IMG/VR virus record: IMGVR_UViG_3300020337_000002
Direction: 5' to 3' (one strand)
Origin: an uncultured virus (IMG/VR IMGVR_UViG_3300020337_000002)
Taxonomy: Duplodnaviria; Heunggongvirae; Uroviricota; Caudoviricetes
Length of the DNA: 60,484 bases
The notes beneath the pieces are model-generated. The model ran no database searches and was not told the origin of the DNA. It was given only the letters and a program-made list of their open reading frames with translations. Shown piece after piece: positions 57,971 through 60,484 of the stretch. The stretch's first letter is position 1. Each line of letters starts with the position of its first letter. The position numbers were made by a program, and so were the translations under genes.

Positions 57971-58788
57971 GAATAACAGTAGTTACAACATTTCATCAGC
58001 CCGGACTAGAACAATATGGACAACGGTTTATAGATTCTTTTAGTAAGAATGTTGATCCAAAAATTAGAATGGTTGTGTATGCGGAAAATTGTAATCCAAT
58101 AATACCTGAGAATGATAAAAGAATTGAAGTAAGAAATGCTGAACAAACACTTCCTGAACTACAACAATTTAAAAGAATATGGAAAGATGTTCCTAAAGCA
58201 AATGGTAAGTGTCCTTGGCCAGAACGTAGACCAAGAGATAATCACAAAGAGTTTAAATGGGATGCCGTTCGATTCGCTAACAAAGTTTATGCAGTATTTG
58301 AAATGGCAAGAGATACCGAGACAGACATTCTTGTATGGATGGACGCAGACACAGTTGTACATAGTCCTATAACATACGGGGAGTTTAGAATACTAGTACC
58401 TGCAACACAATGGTTACACTTCTTAGGAAGAAATAAAAAATGGCCTGAGTGTGGTTGGTATGGTTTAACATTACGAACCGAAGGAGCCAATGCTTTCTTA
58501 AAAGAGTTTCAACGTGTATACGATGAACCTGAAAGCAATGGTATTTTTAATATGGAAGAATGGCACGATAGTTATGTGTTCTGGGAAGTATTAAAAAAGA
58601 TCAAACCTCATCACGGAAATATAAAAGACTTTAGCGGACATATAGTAAATGGCGAAGGACACCCTCTCATTAACTGTGAGCTTGGTAAATACTTTGACCA
58701 TTTGAAAGGGGTTAGAAAATCGGAAGGACGTAGTAGAAAAAGAGATCTGCTACAACCACGTAACGAGACATATTGGAATGAAGTTTAG
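57967..58788 (+). CDS. GT-A glycosyltransferase-like (DxD)
   Basis: ATGA-coupled start; VVTTF, DAVRFANKV, VWMDAD, EWHDS, DHLKG. Confidence 0.65.
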   Translation: MRITVVTTFHQPGLEQYGQRFIDSFSKNVDPKIRMVVYAENCNPIIPENDKRIEVRNAEQTLPELQQFKRIWKDVPKANGKCPWPERRPRDNHKEFKWDAVRFANKVYAVFEMARDTETDILVWMDADTVVHSPITYGEFRILVPATQWLHFLGRNKKWPECGWYGLTLRTEGANAFLKEFQRVYDEPESNGIFNMEEWHDSYVFWEVLKKIKPHHGNIKDFSGHIVNGEGHPLINCELGKYFDHLKGVRKSEGRSRKRDLLQPRNETYWNEV

Positions 58789-59623
58789 TTTATTTAGAGA
58801 GTATGGCGCACAAAATAGTAAACCAATATTTGATGCCTTTGCTGACAGTCTTGTCAGTAATGGTCATGTGGTCGTTGATAATTCTTACGACTGTGACGTT
58901 GGTGTTATTTGGTCTGTTCTGTGGAATGGTAGAATGGCTCCTAACAAAAAGGTCTGGGAAGACTTCCACAATCTAAATAAAAAAATTATCGTATTAGAAG
59001 TAGGCGGCCTTGTTCGAGGCAAAACATGGAAGGTAGGAATCAATGGGATTAACAGAGATGCTAATTTTGGTAGTAGCAACTGTGATAGTTCTAGGGTTAG
59101 AACACTAGGACTAAAACTTAAACCTTGGTCACTAGGTGGCGATAGAATTATAATCTGCGGACAGCATGATAAGAGTAATCAATGGAAAGATATGCCAACC
59201 ATGTCTACTTGGTTACTAGACACAATCAAACAAATTAGAGAACGTACTGATATGCCTATAGTATGGAGACCTCACCCAAGATGTCCTGTACCTGGCATTG
59301 AACACGAATACAAAAACGTAAGAAGAGAACAACCTATACAGGTAAGAGATACTTATGATGATTTTGACTTTGATTGTAAAGGTGCTTATGCAGTAATCAA
59401 CTGGTCAAGTAACCCGGCCACACACGCAGTTATGCAAGGTGTACCTGTATTTGTTGGTCCAAGTAGCCTAGCTTGGCCTGTGGGTAACAAAGACTATAGC
59501 ACAATAGGTATGCCAAAACGTCCTGATAGAACACAATGGCTGAATGATATTTCGTATACCGAATGGACATTGGACGAAATCGCACAAGGAAAACCACTAA
59601 ATCGCTTGACTTCTTATCTATAG
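58778..59623 (+). CDS. GT-B glycosyltransferase-like, paralogue 3
   Basis: IVWRPHP, WSSNPATHAVMQGVP, EW..DEI..G. Confidence 0.55.
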   Translation: MKFSLFREYGAQNSKPIFDAFADSLVSNGHVVVDNSYDCDVGVIWSVLWNGRMAPNKKVWEDFHNLNKKIIVLEVGGLVRGKTWKVGINGINRDANFGSSNCDSSRVRTLGLKLKPWSLGGDRIIICGQHDKSNQWKDMPTMSTWLLDTIKQIRERTDMPIVWRPHPRCPVPGIEHEYKNVRREQPIQVRDTYDDFDFDCKGAYAVINWSSNPATHAVMQGVPVFVGPSSLAWPVGNKDYSTIGMPKRPDRTQWLNDISYTEWTLDEIAQGKPLNRLTSYL

Positions 59624-59634
59624 TATCGTATAAT
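59606..59634 (+). promoter_or_regulatory. sigma70-type promoter
   Basis: TTGACT-N17-TATAAT. Confidence 0.8.
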
Positions 59635-59641
59635 ATATACT

Positions 59642-60484
59642 ATGCATAAGAGACCCATTTCAAAAAAAGCCCTCAATACCGAAGACTGTTTGGAAATAGT
59701 TGCAGGTATCAGTGAACTAAAGTATAGTAGTGATCCTGAGCTATCTACAATCCAGAACTTCAAGTTGCATGAAGACAATGCAAATATAATGTTTAGCATC
59801 GCTAAACAAGTATTCCGAGGCACGGCTCTTACTGCAAAACAGTATTCTTTAGTGAAGAAGTTGCTAGTAGAATACTATGTAGATCAATTCACAGCCCATG
59901 ATATTGACCTACATGAAGCAGTGGAAAAATTAAGATCCCCACTGCGAGAAATCGATAGCAGTCATTGGATCAAGTTTCAAGAAGTGAAAGGCGAGACAAT
60001 GATTGCTATTCGATTCCCTTTCAATAAGAAAGTAATTAGGCACGTTGAAGAATTAAAAAATAAAAATGATAAAGATTATTTTTACGCAAAGCATACACAT
60101 TATTTTCCTGTTAAAGAAAAATACATCTGGAAGATTGTTAACATAGCAGGACAATTTCAAGATGCTAACTTTGACATTGAACCAAAGATACTAGAACTAT
60201 ACAAACAGTTAGAAGTGTTTAAAGCTAATCCAAACGATCATGTTCCAGGCATTTATAATTTTAAAATTAAAAACTATCCACAGTCAGGATTAGATATTTG
60301 CTTAGATGAGATAGGTGAGCCTAACTATAAAAACTTATTTCAATACTATGATAGAAGAAAGTTCTATGCACTCAACTACTTCGATGAAGAGTCTGTAAAA
60401 GAAAGCATAAAAGATAAAAGTGAACTAACTAAAAAAATTGTATACAGAAAAGAAAGCCTTGTTTGTGTTAATAGCAAAACATGG
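59642..60484 (+). CDS. Hypothetical protein, 3'-truncated (absent from the ORF track)
   Basis: Open from ATG 59642 (MHKRPISKKALNTEDCLEIVAG...AIRFPFNKK...) to the window end. Confidence 0.7.
   Translation, partial: MHKRPISKKALNTEDCLEIVAGISELKYSSDPELSTIQNFKLHEDNANIMFSIAKQVFRGTALTAKQYSLVKKLLVEYYVDQFTAHDIDLHEAVEKLRSPLREIDSSHWIKFQEVKGETMIAIRFPFNKKVIRHVEELKNKNDKDYFYAKHTHYFPVKEKYIWKIVNIAGQFQDANFDIEPKILELYKQLEVFKANPNDHVPGIYNFKIKNYPQSGLDICLDEIGEPNYKNLFQYYDRRKFYALNYFDEESVKESIKDKSELTKKIVYRKESLVCVNSKTW

Noticed and set aside
1..60484. Stop-codon reassignment
   Set aside because: The standard code gives full-length, densely packed genes, and TAA, TAG and TGA all occur as real stops

Overview
An AT-rich segment of a large T4-like (contractile-tailed) phage genome, probably aquatic and uncultured; the host cannot be read from this window. 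Left part (1-29036): giant modular virion and fibre proteins, three Cys/Gly-rich paralogues with two tail-assembly-chaperone-like genes, and a tailoring operon (GT9-like glycosyltransferase, SGNH-like protein, carbamoyltransferase, methyltransferase). A minus-strand late block (35813 to 29037) links the gp14/gp15 neck and tail genes to a NUDIX hydrolase, HldE, HldD, a cupin and two 2OG-Fe(II) oxygenases. Then come gp13, a lipoprotein, dNMP kinase, tail sheath, tail tube, gp4, small and large terminase, probable internal head proteins, gp32, UvsX, UvsY, a peroxiredoxin and a second sugar-modification cluster. Most interesting: (1) a probable phage-encoded ADP-heptose and glycan-tailoring system under late control; (2) six T4-type late promoters placed exactly 5 nt before an ATG with no Shine-Dalgarno, implying leaderless mRNAs; (3) a repeated helical domain in virion proteins whose KCxRD...GG register matches the bilin-binding helix of phycocyanin alpha; (4) a roughly 90-aa module inserted in frame at four unrelated sites, plus nested repeat insertions; (5) ~10% Cys fibre-like paralogues; (6) apparent avoidance of GCWGC; (7) tandem GNA-triloop mini-hairpins. 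All calls come from reading motifs by eye; no database search was run.
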